Shown piece by piece: positions 51,570 to 64,000 of a stretch of DNA of 64,000 nucleotides (position 1 is its first letter; every line of letters begins with the position of its first letter). The stretch is from NCBI RefSeq assembly GCF_009914755.1, contig NC_060927.1; one strand, given 5' to 3'. Origin of the DNA: the human T2T-CHM13v2.0 reference genome, Homo sapiens. The position numbers and the translations under genes were made by a program. A model generated the notes under the pieces. That model did no database searches, had not been told where the DNA came from, and worked only from the letters and a program-made list of their open reading frames with translations.

Positions 51570-51880
51570 AAAAACACAAGCCTACATACAATGTTTTGGC
51601 TCACAGAACGAATGATTTGAAACATTTTTAATCAATTATCAACCCTTAAAAATGGGAGATTTTGTGTAAGTATCCACACTTCCAGTGTCTCTTGGAAATT
51701 CAGAAGACCTGGAAACATTGGAGTGCCATTTCCATGTGGCAACTGCAGCTGGAGCTCAGTGGCAGCTGCTCACTTTACACAAAGTGCTCTTCTGATTGCC
51801 ACTGTCTCCACCACTGTGAATTGTCCATTGACACGAAGGCTGCACATGCCTTGCCATTTATCATTCCACATGTGATATGA
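51570..51880. mobile_element. MER102-like hAT-Charlie element
   Basis: AAAAATGGGAGATTT...CTCTTGGAAATTCAGAAGACCTGG.AACA.TGG...CATGTGGCAAC...GCTGGAGCTCAGTGGCAGCTGC. Confidence 0.65.
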
Positions 51881-51981
51881 TATTTCTAATAAGTAAAGAA
51901 ATATTAATAGGTTAGGATCGTAATGAAAAAGCTGTTTCAATTTATTTAACCCTTATCACATGTCAGGTACTGTTAACTGCA

Positions 51982-52281
51982 TTTTTTTGTTTGTTATTTG
52001 AGACAGGGTCTTACTCTATCACTCGGGCTGCAGTGCAGTGACACCATCTTGGCTCACTATAGCCTCAGACTCCTGCATTCAAGCAATCCTCCCACCTCAG
52101 CCTCCCACGTAGCTGGGACTACAAGCACATGCCACCAACCCTGGATAATTTTTGTATTTTCTATAGAGACAGGGTTTCGCCATGTTGCCCAGGCTGGTCT
52201 CCAACTCCGTAGCTCAAGCAATCTGACATGCTCAGTCTCCCAAAGTGCTGGAATTACAGTTGTGAGCCGCTGCGTCCAGCC
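51982..52281 (-). mobile_element. Full-length AluJ (Jb-like)
   Basis: Both arms; GAGACAGGGTCTTACTCT and CAAGCAATCCTCCCACCTCAGCC variants. Confidence 0.95.
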
Positions 52282-52477
52282 TTTTTTTTTTTTTCTCTCA
52301 AGGTAGCTATTCCATCATGTGGATAAAAAAACTGAGATTAAAGAAGTTAAGGAATATATCTGAGATACATTGAAGGAAGTGATGCAGCCAACATTCAGGT
52401 ACAGAAAAATAGAATCTCTTAGAACTTGAGAGCCCAAACTCATATTGATGTTGCTTCACCTAAACTATGTGTCTGTA

Positions 52478-52702
52478 CAGCAGCCAGCAGACTTTTTTCT
52501 ACAAAAGGCCAGATAGTAAATAATTTAGTTTCAGCTTTGTGTACCCTACCATCTCTATTGCAATGACTCAGCTCTGCCCTTGTAGTATGCAAGTAGCCAA
52601 AGAATATATGGAAAAGAATGGGTGTGGCTGTGTTCCAGTAAAACTTTGTAAAAACAGGCAATGGCTGGATTTGGCTTATAGGCTGTAGTTTGTGAACCAC
52701 TG
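52478..52702. mobile_element. MER58A (hAT-Charlie)
   Basis: AAAGGCCAGATAGTAAATA...CTCAGCTCTGCC.TTGTAG...GGGTGTGGCTGTGTTCCAGTAAAACTTT...GGCTGTAGTTTG. Confidence 0.9.
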
Positions 52703-52834
52703 GTCTACACCCACCTGCTGTGAGCCTCAGTGACTGCCACAACTGAGGTGGTTATACACTCGGTAACTAAATGGTGAACTGCCATGGAGGGCCACAGATG
52801 TTGTGACATGGTCCTTCACGAGACCCTTCATAGC

Positions 52835-52897
52835 AGGCAGAACTGTAGGAAATTGCTGTTTTTAAATATTGGAAATTTCATGTAGTTTAACCCAAGT
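52835..52897. mobile_element. MADE2 fragment
   Basis: GAAATTGC.GTTTTT.AATATTGG.AATTTCATGTAGTTTAACC. Confidence 0.5.
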
Positions 52898-54464
52898 ACT
52901 ATGCCACGCTGTGAATGAAAAGACAAGTATTTATTTTTTTTATTTCTGCCTCCAAATTTGAGTTATTTCTGGCTTTTTATGTTTTTTAAACACTTGAAAT
53001 CCCCAGCCAGGGGGACAAAAATAAGGGAACGAATACCAAAGGCCTACTATGAAACAAGAACCTCCTTGCGGCAGTTGTATGAGATAGACATCTTTAGCTC
53101 CCTCTGCTGTGGACAGAACTGAGGGTCAGAGCTGTTATGAAACTCTCACAAAGCCATACCACTAATCAGTACCTGAGGTTAGAATTTGAAGCCATATGTC
53201 TGTAGCGCCAAATCCCAAACCCTCTCCATTCTACCGTAAAAATGTATAGCATTTTTACTCTGAATTTACCTCTATTAATTACATGCCGGAAAAGAAACAA
53301 CTAGACTAATAGACCATCTTTTCCTTTAAGTCTTCATTTTTTTTCAGCATTATTTATTGATGGCCTACTGTGTGCCAACACTGGAAATGTGATGCAGAAT
53401 GAGATAAAAACACAAGCTTGAAGATTATTCCAGTGGAAAGGGACAACAAATGTCTCTAAGTGATGAAACCCCAGAACTGGCCACCTGGACCTCAGGCTTT
53501 GTGCCCACACCAGTACCTGAGTGTGGTGCCAACAATCTGAGTTATCTTTGTTTGTAGGGCTGCTTCGGAGAGCAATGGTCTGGTTAGGATGTCGAAAAGG
53601 CATCACTACAAGCCATGCAGCCAACTAACTCCTAAGTGTGCTTGTTTGCATTCAGGGTGGGGAGGGGGGATCTGGCCAGATTCTCTGGGTTTCTTTGGCA
53701 CCTTGTCCCAGAGCTACATTCTTCTGTTTTACAGAATTGAGTTTTTTCTTCTAACCTATGGTACTTTCAAGGTCATGCATGAGAGGTGTCAGGTGTGCTC
53801 AGTGAGGATAGGGATTTACAAAAGTTTGTATGTGTGATGGTTTTATTTCCCTCCTGTCAAAATTACTGCTGGTTCCAAAAGAGTCAAGAACTCAAACTTG
53901 CATGAACTCTTCAACACCTTTCCAAATTCAACAAAACTGACATTTATAGCTTCGTTGAAGCGGAGACATGGCATTTGGCTTCAGATTGTTTGGACTGTAG
54001 AGTGTCAGTATAAATAGCTCTGATTGACTTTTGTATCGTGCACATCTGGAAGCAATTTATGGCATTCCAGCTAGATTAAAGCACGTTTTAAAGGAATTTC
54101 ACCAGCTTTTTTTTTTTTTTCCTGTTGGCCATGGCGAATAAAGTTTCAAAGAAGTTTTAGTCGCTGTTCTTCTTAATGTAGACTGTGGTGAAGTCAAATT
54201 CAGGGCAAACATGGGGTGGAGGGAGGAGGGAGGTTTGTTTTGCCAAAAGAGCTAAGCACAGAAGTGACTTTTCCCTGACTGTTTTGTTCACACTGCAATG
54301 AGAGATAAAACCTCAGACACCAGGAAGCTGCTATCCCTACACAGAAACTAAGTAATTTTTAAGGAGGTGAATGGATTGACCTAGGAGAGTGAAAGGAACT
54401 AAGTATGTGTCACTTGGCTCAACAACAAGGACTGGGACTTTCATCTATTGAATAGGTACTGTGG

Positions 54465-54830
54465 TGCTCATTTAGCAAGTATTTGTGGAGCACCTACCAA
54501 GGGCTAGGGGAGAGGGAGAGAAAGCAAGCTGAAGAGCAAGTGTACAGAGATAAAGACAGAATTGCTGCCCTCATAGAGCTTATATATAGTGAAGTTGAGA
54601 GCAAATTCCCTACACATTGTTTAATCACCACTGTGATGAACTTACAACAGGGAAGTACAAGGTGTCCTTTGTGTTGGGGACCTTAGCTTGAAGGATCTGC
54701 AAAGACTTCCAGGAAAGATGGAAATTTGGCATAAGATGTGAAAGGGAGAAAGAGAGAAAACCAGAAGAGAGAAAAAGAGTAATATTCCAGGAGAGAAATT
54801 GTCATGTTTAAACCCCCTAGCCATGATAAG
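54465..54830 (-). mobile_element. L2 fragment
   Basis: CATTTAGCAAGTATTTGTGGAGCACCTAC...CTGCCCTCATAGAGCTTAT...ATTCCAGG.GAG. Confidence 0.7.
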
Positions 54831-57297
54831 TAACAACTTGGCAAGCTAGTTATTTTCCCATTTAGACATGGAGAAAATGAGGCTCAAATTGCTTATAAAC
54901 CTCTCCAATATCACTTAGCTATTAACTGTCATGCCCACTTTAAAGCATAGCCTACCCTAACAGCCAGTTAATCCTTTAGCATGGATGGTCTGTAAGTGAA
55001 GGCAAGTCATATTACATCTCTGGGCCTCAGTTTCCCCATTTTTGTGATGAAGGAATTTGATAGATACTTGGTAAATTGAACCTCTTAGGAAGTCAAGAAA
55101 TTCATGTAAAAATGAAGTTGTGTATAACATATAAATCATAATATGTAATGAATGCAATGGAAACACTGCTGTTCATGACATTTAAAGATGAAAAAAATTG
55201 TCTAATGGATAAACTGGGAGGAGCAGTAAAGTCTGGGGGAATGAGTATGTACCCTTGAGTTTCTCTAACTTAAGAAAATAGAATATCTATTATTAAATCT
55301 GACTCATAAACTTGGAGAGACTGACCCCCACACATTGTTAGAGCTGTAATATATAGGTCATTGTGGCCCTCCTTTTTTTCTTTGTTGCTGAAGGAAGGTG
55401 ATGAAGTGGTGCCAAGAAAGTGGCAAATTGCCCTAAAAATCACATAAAAGTGCAATTTAGCACACACAGTTCTGCTGAAGAAAACCACCTTTGTTTCATT
55501 ATTAGCTTCCCAGGGATTTCTTTCCTTGGTTGGCATTTAAGTGTGGAAACTTGTCCTTTTTTTCTTAACATAATGAGACAGTTCTTATGTTTTAAGAACA
55601 ATAGAAAAAGCATGAAGAGTGATCGATACATTACTTGAGATTTATTAACTACCACCTGGAGCCTTATTGCCAACCTCTGGGTATGATTTGAAAAGACAAG
55701 GAGGCATAAACCTCTGTTGTTTTAAGTAAAAATAGAAATCTAATCTCTGAGACCATGGTATGAAATGTGTTCTATTAGGGATTTGCTTTGCCTTTTTACC
55801 CTTAATTCAGGTTCAGGCTTTGACCTATAGACAGAGGAGCAGCTACTTTGCTTAAACGGTTTAGAACTAATGGGAAAGTAAACTCTGAAGTTATTTGTTG
55901 ACATAATTTCTGGCAGTATTTTCCCAGCTTCTGTTTCACTTCTCTTTCCACTTGTCTGTACAGGCTTGACAAAAATACATCAAAATAAAGCTGTGCTAAT
56001 GTGATCACATATCCTATTTCATACACTCTGCATTTGATTAGAGGGATACGTATGAAACAAAGAAGGGTGAGGCAGAGGCGAAGTGGGAAGCTAAGAATGT
56101 TGAGTCCTGCTGTAGTAGCAGAAAACGATTGTTGTTAAGACCAAACCTCAGTGGAAAATAAGCTATGCATTAAATAAGACAGTGGTGGGGCAGATCAGTA
56201 AAGCCTTTTAATTCTGATGGTGAAAAATGTTGTTCTGGGAAAGCTTGGTAAGAAGTTTACGGTTCAAATGATGTGTTCAGTAACTTACTAGTAATTTTAA
56301 TTCAACAAATACTTAAGTATCTCAAATGTCCCAAGAATTAGGAAATAGGGCCACGGTAGTGAGGAGATAGGTATGATCCTAGAGTTCACATTCGAGTGGG
56401 GCATGGGCATAACCGATCACACTGTGGATTATGTTGTTAAAATTGTACATTATTAAAAATAATGAAAAAGCTAATAAACCATTTGGGGATGAAAGTTGAG
56501 ATCTAAAGGACAAGAAGCTTTTTTCTTTGCCTCTTTTATTGTAATAAATTTGGAGGTAGAACTTTGGGCACCAAAGATTATTTTGGATTCCCATTCCTGT
56601 TAGAAGTCCCCAGTGTGAAGAGCTGTCAACTGTGGGCATAGAGATCTCTTTAAGAGAGGTGAGGAAAGTGGAGAATTGTTGCATAGATTTTGCAGAAAAT
56701 TAGACGTGGCCCATGGGCAACTTGATAAATCATTCGTGGCTGGGTAGAAGACAAAATTGTCTTGTGGGTTGGGATAGAAAGTGAAGGAGAGGTAACTGTC
56801 CTCAGAAGAGAGTTTTACTTAGCTAAACAAAAGAGAGATGTTAGCTGGGGAAAGTCAACTTAATGGTGACATTCTCCTGATATCCTGAAGGTGAGCTCTG
56901 CTGGCCAGGCCAGGGGCATTCATGGTAATGTGGGTTGCATGTACATTTTTATTTTCTGGTCTGAAATGTTATTGTGGGAGCAGTGAAAAAAATTCCGTCA
57001 ACAGAGACGAAATGAAGTGCAAAGTGAAGCTCTTTGGGGAACAAATTATTTAGTTTGTATGTTTCTATAGTGATGGAAAGGAGACCTGCTATTCAGTTTT
57101 GCACTTGGCCTTTTTTATATAGTCAATGTAGTTGCCATTCTTTCAACAAGCTTGCATCTGATTTGGGTTAAGGGGAAGCCAATGGAAATATTCATAGGTG
57201 GTTCATAGGAGGGTGGAATCCATTACTATGGTTTCTTTTACATTATGATTGTTCAAATGAGCTGGATTGGTCCTTGATATATTAGAATTCACAACCA

Positions 57298-57608
57298 GGC
57301 CAGGCACAGTGGGTTACACCTGTGATCTCAGCACTTTGGGAGGCCTAGGTCGGCAGATCGCTTGAGGACAGAAGTTCGAGACCAGCCTGGCCAACATGGT
57401 GAAACCTCATCTCTACTAAAAATACAAAAATTATCCAGGCATGGTGGTGCATGCCTATTGTCCTGCTCGGGAGACTGAGGCAGAAGCTACTCAGGAGACT
57501 GAGGCAGAAGAATTGCTTGAACCTGGGAGGCGGAGATTGCAGTGAGCCAGTATCACACCACTGTGCTTCAGCCTGGGTGACAGTGAGACTCTGTCTCAAA
57601 AAAATAAT
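57298..57608 (+). mobile_element. Full-length AluS/J with an internal ~24-bp tandem duplication
   Basis: Both arms; TSD AATTCACAACCA at 57286-57297 and 57609-57620. Confidence 0.97.
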
Positions 57609-57769
57609 AATTCACAACCAAACTTTGTAGAACATTTTATGTTAATTACAAAGCGTTTTCCTTAGCCATTGTCTCACTAGATAGTCAAAATAGTCCTAGG
57701 AGGTGGATAGGCTGCCTGGTCTAAGGTCTGTCTCGAGTCCTATAAGCCTGAATGATTCAAAGTCAGCTC

Positions 57770-57902
57770 ATTGCTGGAATGTGAACTCTTTGAGGGCAAA
57801 AGTTTTTGGTTGCATCATTCATGCTGTATCAACGGAAATCCACCACAGTCTCTGCCATAAAGAAGGTACTACAAAAGTATCTACTGAATGTATGGAATGA
57901 TT
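57770..57902 (+). mobile_element. L2 3' end
   Basis: GAATGTGAACTCTTTGAGGGCA...TTCATGCTGTATC...TGAATGTATGGAATGA. Confidence 0.7.
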
Positions 57903-58657
57903 AAAATTTTATTACACATTTTGCTTTCTTCTTACAACTTAAAATGGTGGGCAGAGGGATTATCACATGGTCTTTACTGCCATTCCATATTTAATAACAA
58001 AAGTGTCTGGAGATGCTTAACCTGAGATTATGTTCTGGCTATTACTTACTGTTTCCAAGGCCTGGGGGATGTCACTTACCACCCTAAATTTCCTACCTGT
58101 AAAAAGAAGTGTCTTTTCCAGCACTAAAGTTCTATATTTGATGAATTTTTCTACTGATACATATGATTCACAAGTTTTTTTCAAGGTTGCCGTTTAATAT
58201 TTAAATATTCGAATCCATCTTTAAGAATTTTTACTTGGAAAGTTCATAGAACAAGGTCTGTAGATCTGACTTTCAAATAAATATTCTGTCTTTTCCCCTA
58301 ACTGCAATAACTGGTCTGACATCCTTAGTGGACGGAGGTGGAGGAAGACATTAGGGAACATAGTTGAGAGGGAGGACATTTGGGAAAAAAAAAAAAAAGT
58401 CTTGCCATGTCCTTCTACAATACATGGATCAAAATTGATGAGATAACACATAATTCTCCAGCTAAGAATGTTTTTTTTTAATCACTGCTCTTATCCTCAA
58501 CTCTAAATTCCTCTCTTAGATTCAGGGGTTCTTAAGAACACAGATTGTGCCTTATACATTTATTTTTCCTCCCCTAATGCCAACTAGTATAAAATAATTA
58601 AAACATTATTGAATGCATAAATATATAAATAATTGAGAATGGAGTTGGAACTGTCAC

Positions 58658-58704
58658 AAATTCAGAATTAATGAAATTCTGAATTTTATTAATTCAGAAT
58701 TAAT
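58658..58704. repeat. Direct-inverted-direct triplet of AATTCAGAATT
   Basis: AAATTCAGAATT-aatga-AATTCTGAATTT-tatt-AATTCAGAATTAAT. Confidence 0.8.
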
Positions 58705-59639
58705 TAAATTTAAGTGGAGGTGGTAATATAGCATCCATGGAACATGAGAATGTAAAATACTGAAAAGGAAGGACTGAATTGATGTTGCAGTTAAAGCTTG
58801 ATATCACAAATCCGCTGTCCCCAGGGCAGGGTGCAAACAATCAATGAGAGAAGGTCCCCTGGCCCCAGGTGTAATAACATCGGGAGTGGAAGGGACTGTG
58901 GTAACATAGGCAGCACATCCCCATCTTGAAAGCCAGATGCCACTGTGCTCCTGCTGACTGATGCTAATATGGAAATATTATCAGACCTTACCATTTTTCT
59001 AAAAAAGCTGGATATCTGGTTGTTTATTTACAAACTGATTGTAAACCGTAGCTATTTTTACTATTTTTAAAATTTTGTATGGCTGAACAAATCTCCCAAA
59101 CTCTACTTGTTCATCAACAGGTCTACTAATTAAACAGATATGAAAGCACAGTGTTTATTTCAGTGGTGTTATTCAAGGCATTAGGAATGTAGATTAACTT
59201 CTGAAACTGTGTCCAGAGCCAAGACTATTGTCTCACTAAAATGTTCCAGAATGCTCTAAGTGCTTTAACACCCAGTAATGTTTTGGTTCCACAGTCCTTT
59301 GCTCTGCAGAATACTTAGTGTCTGCTCATGACTTTCTCTTCAGCCATCTGATCTGGGTCTTTCCTTGTTATCTGAAGCTGTTGGTTCATCTTCAGATTAG
59401 AGATATGATATTAAATTAACATTCAGGCTTCTGATGGGATGGGACAGCTTGATATGGAAATGTCACTTTGGTGAGCTCTGGTTTGTGCCACTTGATGGGC
59501 ACTGAATAATACTTAACACACTTATAACGATGTAATCCACTGTGTAGTTATTGAATGTCCATGTCAATGTGAATGTGAGCTCCAGCATCCTGTCTGTTCA
59601 CTTCCAAGTTCCTATTATCTGTGATAAGTTTTTCAATTC

Positions 59640-59748
59640 TTTTAAGTTGAACTTATCCTTCATAACTGAAACTTGGTACCCCTTGACCAATATATCCCCA
59701 TTTCCTCTACCCCTCCAGCCCCTGACAACCACTTTTCTACTCTCTCCT
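59640..59748 (-). mobile_element. L1MA/MB 3' fragment
   Basis: CATAACTGAAACTT.GTACCCCTTGACCAA...CCAGCCCCTG.CAACCAC.TTTCTACTCTCT. Confidence 0.75.
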
Positions 59749-62700
59749 TTTATAATTTTCTCAGCTCTGATGTCAGGGTTTTGTGGCTCTGTACAAAGCT
59801 TCAGATATCCTTCATCCAGTACTTGTCTTCACAGACGAAAATGCTGAAAGCATAAGAGCAGTTTTGTGAATTGGATGTGCCTTCATGATGTAATGGCGTG
59901 AGGCAGGGGAGCGACCGTCAGAGGGTGTTGTGTAAAAGGCTCTTGTAGTAAGCTTAAGCTTCCATGTTGCTCTCCCTAGAACCTGATCACTTTCTCTTTC
60001 ATCTTTTTTTAATAGTCATAACTCATCAAAACCATGTTTTGACACTCATTCTAACATTATTGGAATCCATTTCTTTTTTAATGTTGGATTCACAAGCTGT
60101 ATTTCTATGACATAATTATTTAGCAGTCACATAAAATGTGTATCTGGCCATTCTTAACAGACTCATTTATACGTGGGCCACATAAAATTTGCATTCTTAC
60201 ACCAGTGACTCATTTATTAATAGTAATAAATACACCGGCAACAGGCCAAGCACACTTCAGAGGCTTGTAACCTGAGAATGGTCAGAGGGGATGTGAAATG
60301 TAATGTGTTTTTATTTTATTTCTTTTATTTTAAACCTCTTTCAACAGGACTTGGAATTTTAAGAAGGAAAAATTTGGACTGATGTATTAATAGATTCAAA
60401 AAGAAAGAATGTTTTTCTCTAGAAAGATAGCTTATTCCTCCCATGGAGTTCAGGGAGAGAAAAGATAAAGTAGGCGTTACAGGGTTTTTTTTAAAGGATA
60501 CTATTTATAATTATATCAAGATGATTTTTATCTGAGTAGCATATTAAACATTATAAGCAAAGGTACCCTTAAGCATTTACGTGACCACTCAGCATGCTCC
60601 CTAAGATGCCGAAGTCACCGATAGTTCAGAAAAGGATAGAAAACTTCAGGACCATGGTAGGAGGTTAGACATATGCAATAAAAAGCAATCATTTCATGAA
60701 TATTGGTGAGAATTAATAGCACTTTATTTCGTGGCTCATTGAGGAAATGTGTGGTTGATGCTATTCAGAAGTACCTCTCAATGGTTTTAATAGAAAGCAT
60801 GTGTGTGTGGATATGGAGTGCAAGTCCTCCTGACTGGTGGATTGAGGCTCTGCAGACCTCTCAGGTTTTCCCATTTTTTTTTTAATTAGAGTTTCAGTCC
60901 ACTGATACTACCTTCAAAGTAAATGAAAATGAATCAACAGAAGGTAAACAAGTTCAGGGAAGAATTTTAAACAGCAAAACCCTTTTAGTCAATTCTTAAT
61001 AGACTCTTCCCTCTTTTTTGAACAAAATTATGTTAAATGCCTCACATTTTCCTTTCTCACCTTCAAGGACTAATGACAGCTGCAACATTTGATGTATGTG
61101 TGATTCTGACATTAATATCTTATTCCCTAGCTGGGCAAAACATGAGAAATTGGCCTTGTGTCAACTTTTTAAAATGACAGGCAGGAACTGTATCTGAGTC
61201 TGCCTACTGTTGTATCTTCAGCGCCTAGCACTCTACCAAATGTATCCAGACCCTTCATTAATATGTGTTAAATTGTTGAGAGGAAGAAAGGAAGGAAAGA
61301 AGGAAGTCTATTTTTATATATATTTAGGGCTAAAAAAAACAAATCCTCGAGTTCTCACTTATCAGACCTTGTCGTAGTAATCAGCCTGGGATTGGTGTTC
61401 AAGGTTCCATGTGCTAGGAGTCGTGGTACATGGCCGGCACATGCCTGGCTTATAATAAATACTTGAAATATTTCTAGGGAAGTAAATGAATGTGTCTCTC
61501 TTGTTCCCTGCAAATACTGTCTGGAAAATGGAAGATATTCAACTTTTTGTAGATGGAATGAATAGTTAATTTAAGTAAGTATCTTTCTAATATTACTGAA
61601 AGATTCCACAACCAAATAGAACTTCTTCCTAGCAGCATTAGGACCTACAGGATAAAATAGCCAACTGACTATAGAAGGCCAGTACTGGAATCTTTGAACC
61701 ATTCTTTCCCCCAGACAGCAGTCCTGTCTCTCTTTATTAATCTCCATTGTTCTCAGTGAATGCCCTGTTTATATCTGACAGTTTATAGTTTGAAGGGGGA
61801 ATCATGAACCTTACAATCAAAGTCCTCCCGGCATTTTTTTGTTCTACTTGGAGGAATGGACTATGACCAATGACTTCTGAAAGACAAGTTTCGAAAACCT
61901 AAAAAGTTTAGTTTGGTTATTTCAGTGGCATCAGGAGGTTTGAGAGGAGCGGAAGATGTCAGGTCTGTTTCTAGGAAATGACTGGCCTAACAGCTGGAAT
62001 AGCAAAAGTACAGTGCCTTCTTGCAAAAGCAACTTTCCTGGGTGTTTGATGGAGAAAGGAGAGTCTTAAACCTCTGAGCCAGGAGGAGAGACCGAAATGT
62101 TGTGCATTTATAGATAGGTCAGTGAGCTTTCTGGTTTCCCTCTCCCTTTCTTCTCTCCCCTAATTAACAGAGTTGAGGAAGACTGGGGTTCTGCAGTGAG
62201 ACAGGAGGGGGGTTTATCAGGAGGCCCTTCCGAGAGAGAAAGCGAGGTAACTCTTTGTATCTGAGAGGTTTAAGTAAATGGACAGCCTGTTGGCTCCCTT
62301 CCTGACATTCAAAGCCAGAGCTCCCTCCCTCCAGAGGAGTGTCCTGTTTCTGTGTGTTCATTGTTTGGGGCCTCTGTTTGTGTTCAACTGTCAAAACGAC
62401 TTCAGTGTTGCTACTTCTACTACAGTGTGTGAGTTGGTTTGTGTACCAGAACAATGAGACATGACTGAACAGTTTTTTTCAGATTTATATTTTCTAATGC
62501 CTCATGAACCTTTTAAAAAATGTAAGCTATGAGTCTGTGGAATACAAAATTCATTGTTAAGGAATTGAATCTGTTACTTAGGGAAATTACAAGCATATTA
62601 AGTTCAGCTGCCTTAGCAAAGCTTCAGAACTTCTTAAGGTTTAATATTTTTATTAGTTCCAAAATAAAATTTAATGTAGCCTTTTTCTTAAAATGTTTTA

Positions 62701-63216
62701 ATGAATGTAAACTAAAGAGGACAGTTGTAAATACAGTTAAATCACAACATGACTTAGTATTTTATTATACATAGGAAAATGGTTTGATCAGATTTAATAT
62801 TCATTAGACCTGGCTTTTCAATAGCTTGGATAAATATGTTCCTTTTTATTAGAAATCTGTCATACCCAGGGCATAGGCCAACATGTTGGCTTTGTAAATC
62901 ATGTAGTCTGCCCGGCTCTTTTGGTCCTAGATCAGAAAGAGGCTTTTGCAAACCCACCATTTCTGGGGTTGAATGGGAAATTAGGGAAAGAAAATGAGGT
63001 CAAGAAAGGCATGGAGAAAAAAACCGCTGGGCCTGTTGGCCTGAGCACCCCCTAGAAAATATGCTGGGGTAGACTGATAAGCTCAAAGGCTTGTGTAATT
63101 TTCTTGCATATGCCTTTGAAAAACTGCAGAAAAGGATCAAAATAGTCAGTCTCCTAAGTTATTCCCTAAGTGAATAGAGACTGAGAAACTACAGGTCATT
63201 CATAGAGCAATTTTAA

Positions 63217-63601
<385 letters not shown>

Positions 63602-64000
63602 TATAATTGATAATTTATATTAGTTAGTAGATTTTATTAAAATATTAAGCTTGACTAATAGTTAATATATGAGTAAACTATAGTAGGTGCATATAATTTA
63701 TAAGTTAATACACGTGTGTTGGGAGTGCTTGCTAATTTTTTAAGAGATGTGCACTCAGCCACTGCTGTTTTGGCTCAGGAACACTTATTTCCTAGAACAT
63801 AGCAGGGAGAATGTGCCTCTATATTTTATCCTGTGCCCAGAGTCTTAAATTTTTCTTCAAATTTATTTGTGGTGTATCATTGGACCACCCTTGTCACTAA
63901 GAGCTCCAGTGTCTCATGTGGCAAATGATAATATTATTCTAAATTCTCTTCCATTTGCAAAGACTTCTGGAGGAATTTGTCTTGAGCTTTACAGATTACT

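Overview
AT-rich, CpG-depleted primate (human-like) non-coding DNA with no recognisable protein-coding exon. It is probably a long intron or the inside of a plus-strand transcription unit, since most L1 and MaLR copies are antisense. Much of it is transposon-derived: ten Alu copies or fragments, a 4.2-kb L1MA remnant, the 5' end of an L1PA, L2/MIR fragments, MaLR LTRs and hAT/mariner DNA elements. It also holds two small-RNA retropseudogenes, a near full-length 7SL copy and a tailless 3'-truncated 5S rRNA copy. The listed ORFs are chance or repeat-derived, except for an L1 ORF2 reverse-transcriptase remnant. I see no novel coding system. The most notable signals are (1) a dense nuclear-receptor module at 26.4-26.9 kb (perfect DR5, IR0 palindrome, DR1/NBRE, full CRE next to a TATA box) plus two perfect DR3 elements at 3.2 and 28.4 kb, (2) a diverged ~155-bp direct repeat of non-repeat sequence at 45.6/47.5 kb, and (3) several unusual insertion scars. 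I could not identify the locus. Repeat subfamily names come from recalled consensus sequences, and boundaries of old repeats are approximate.
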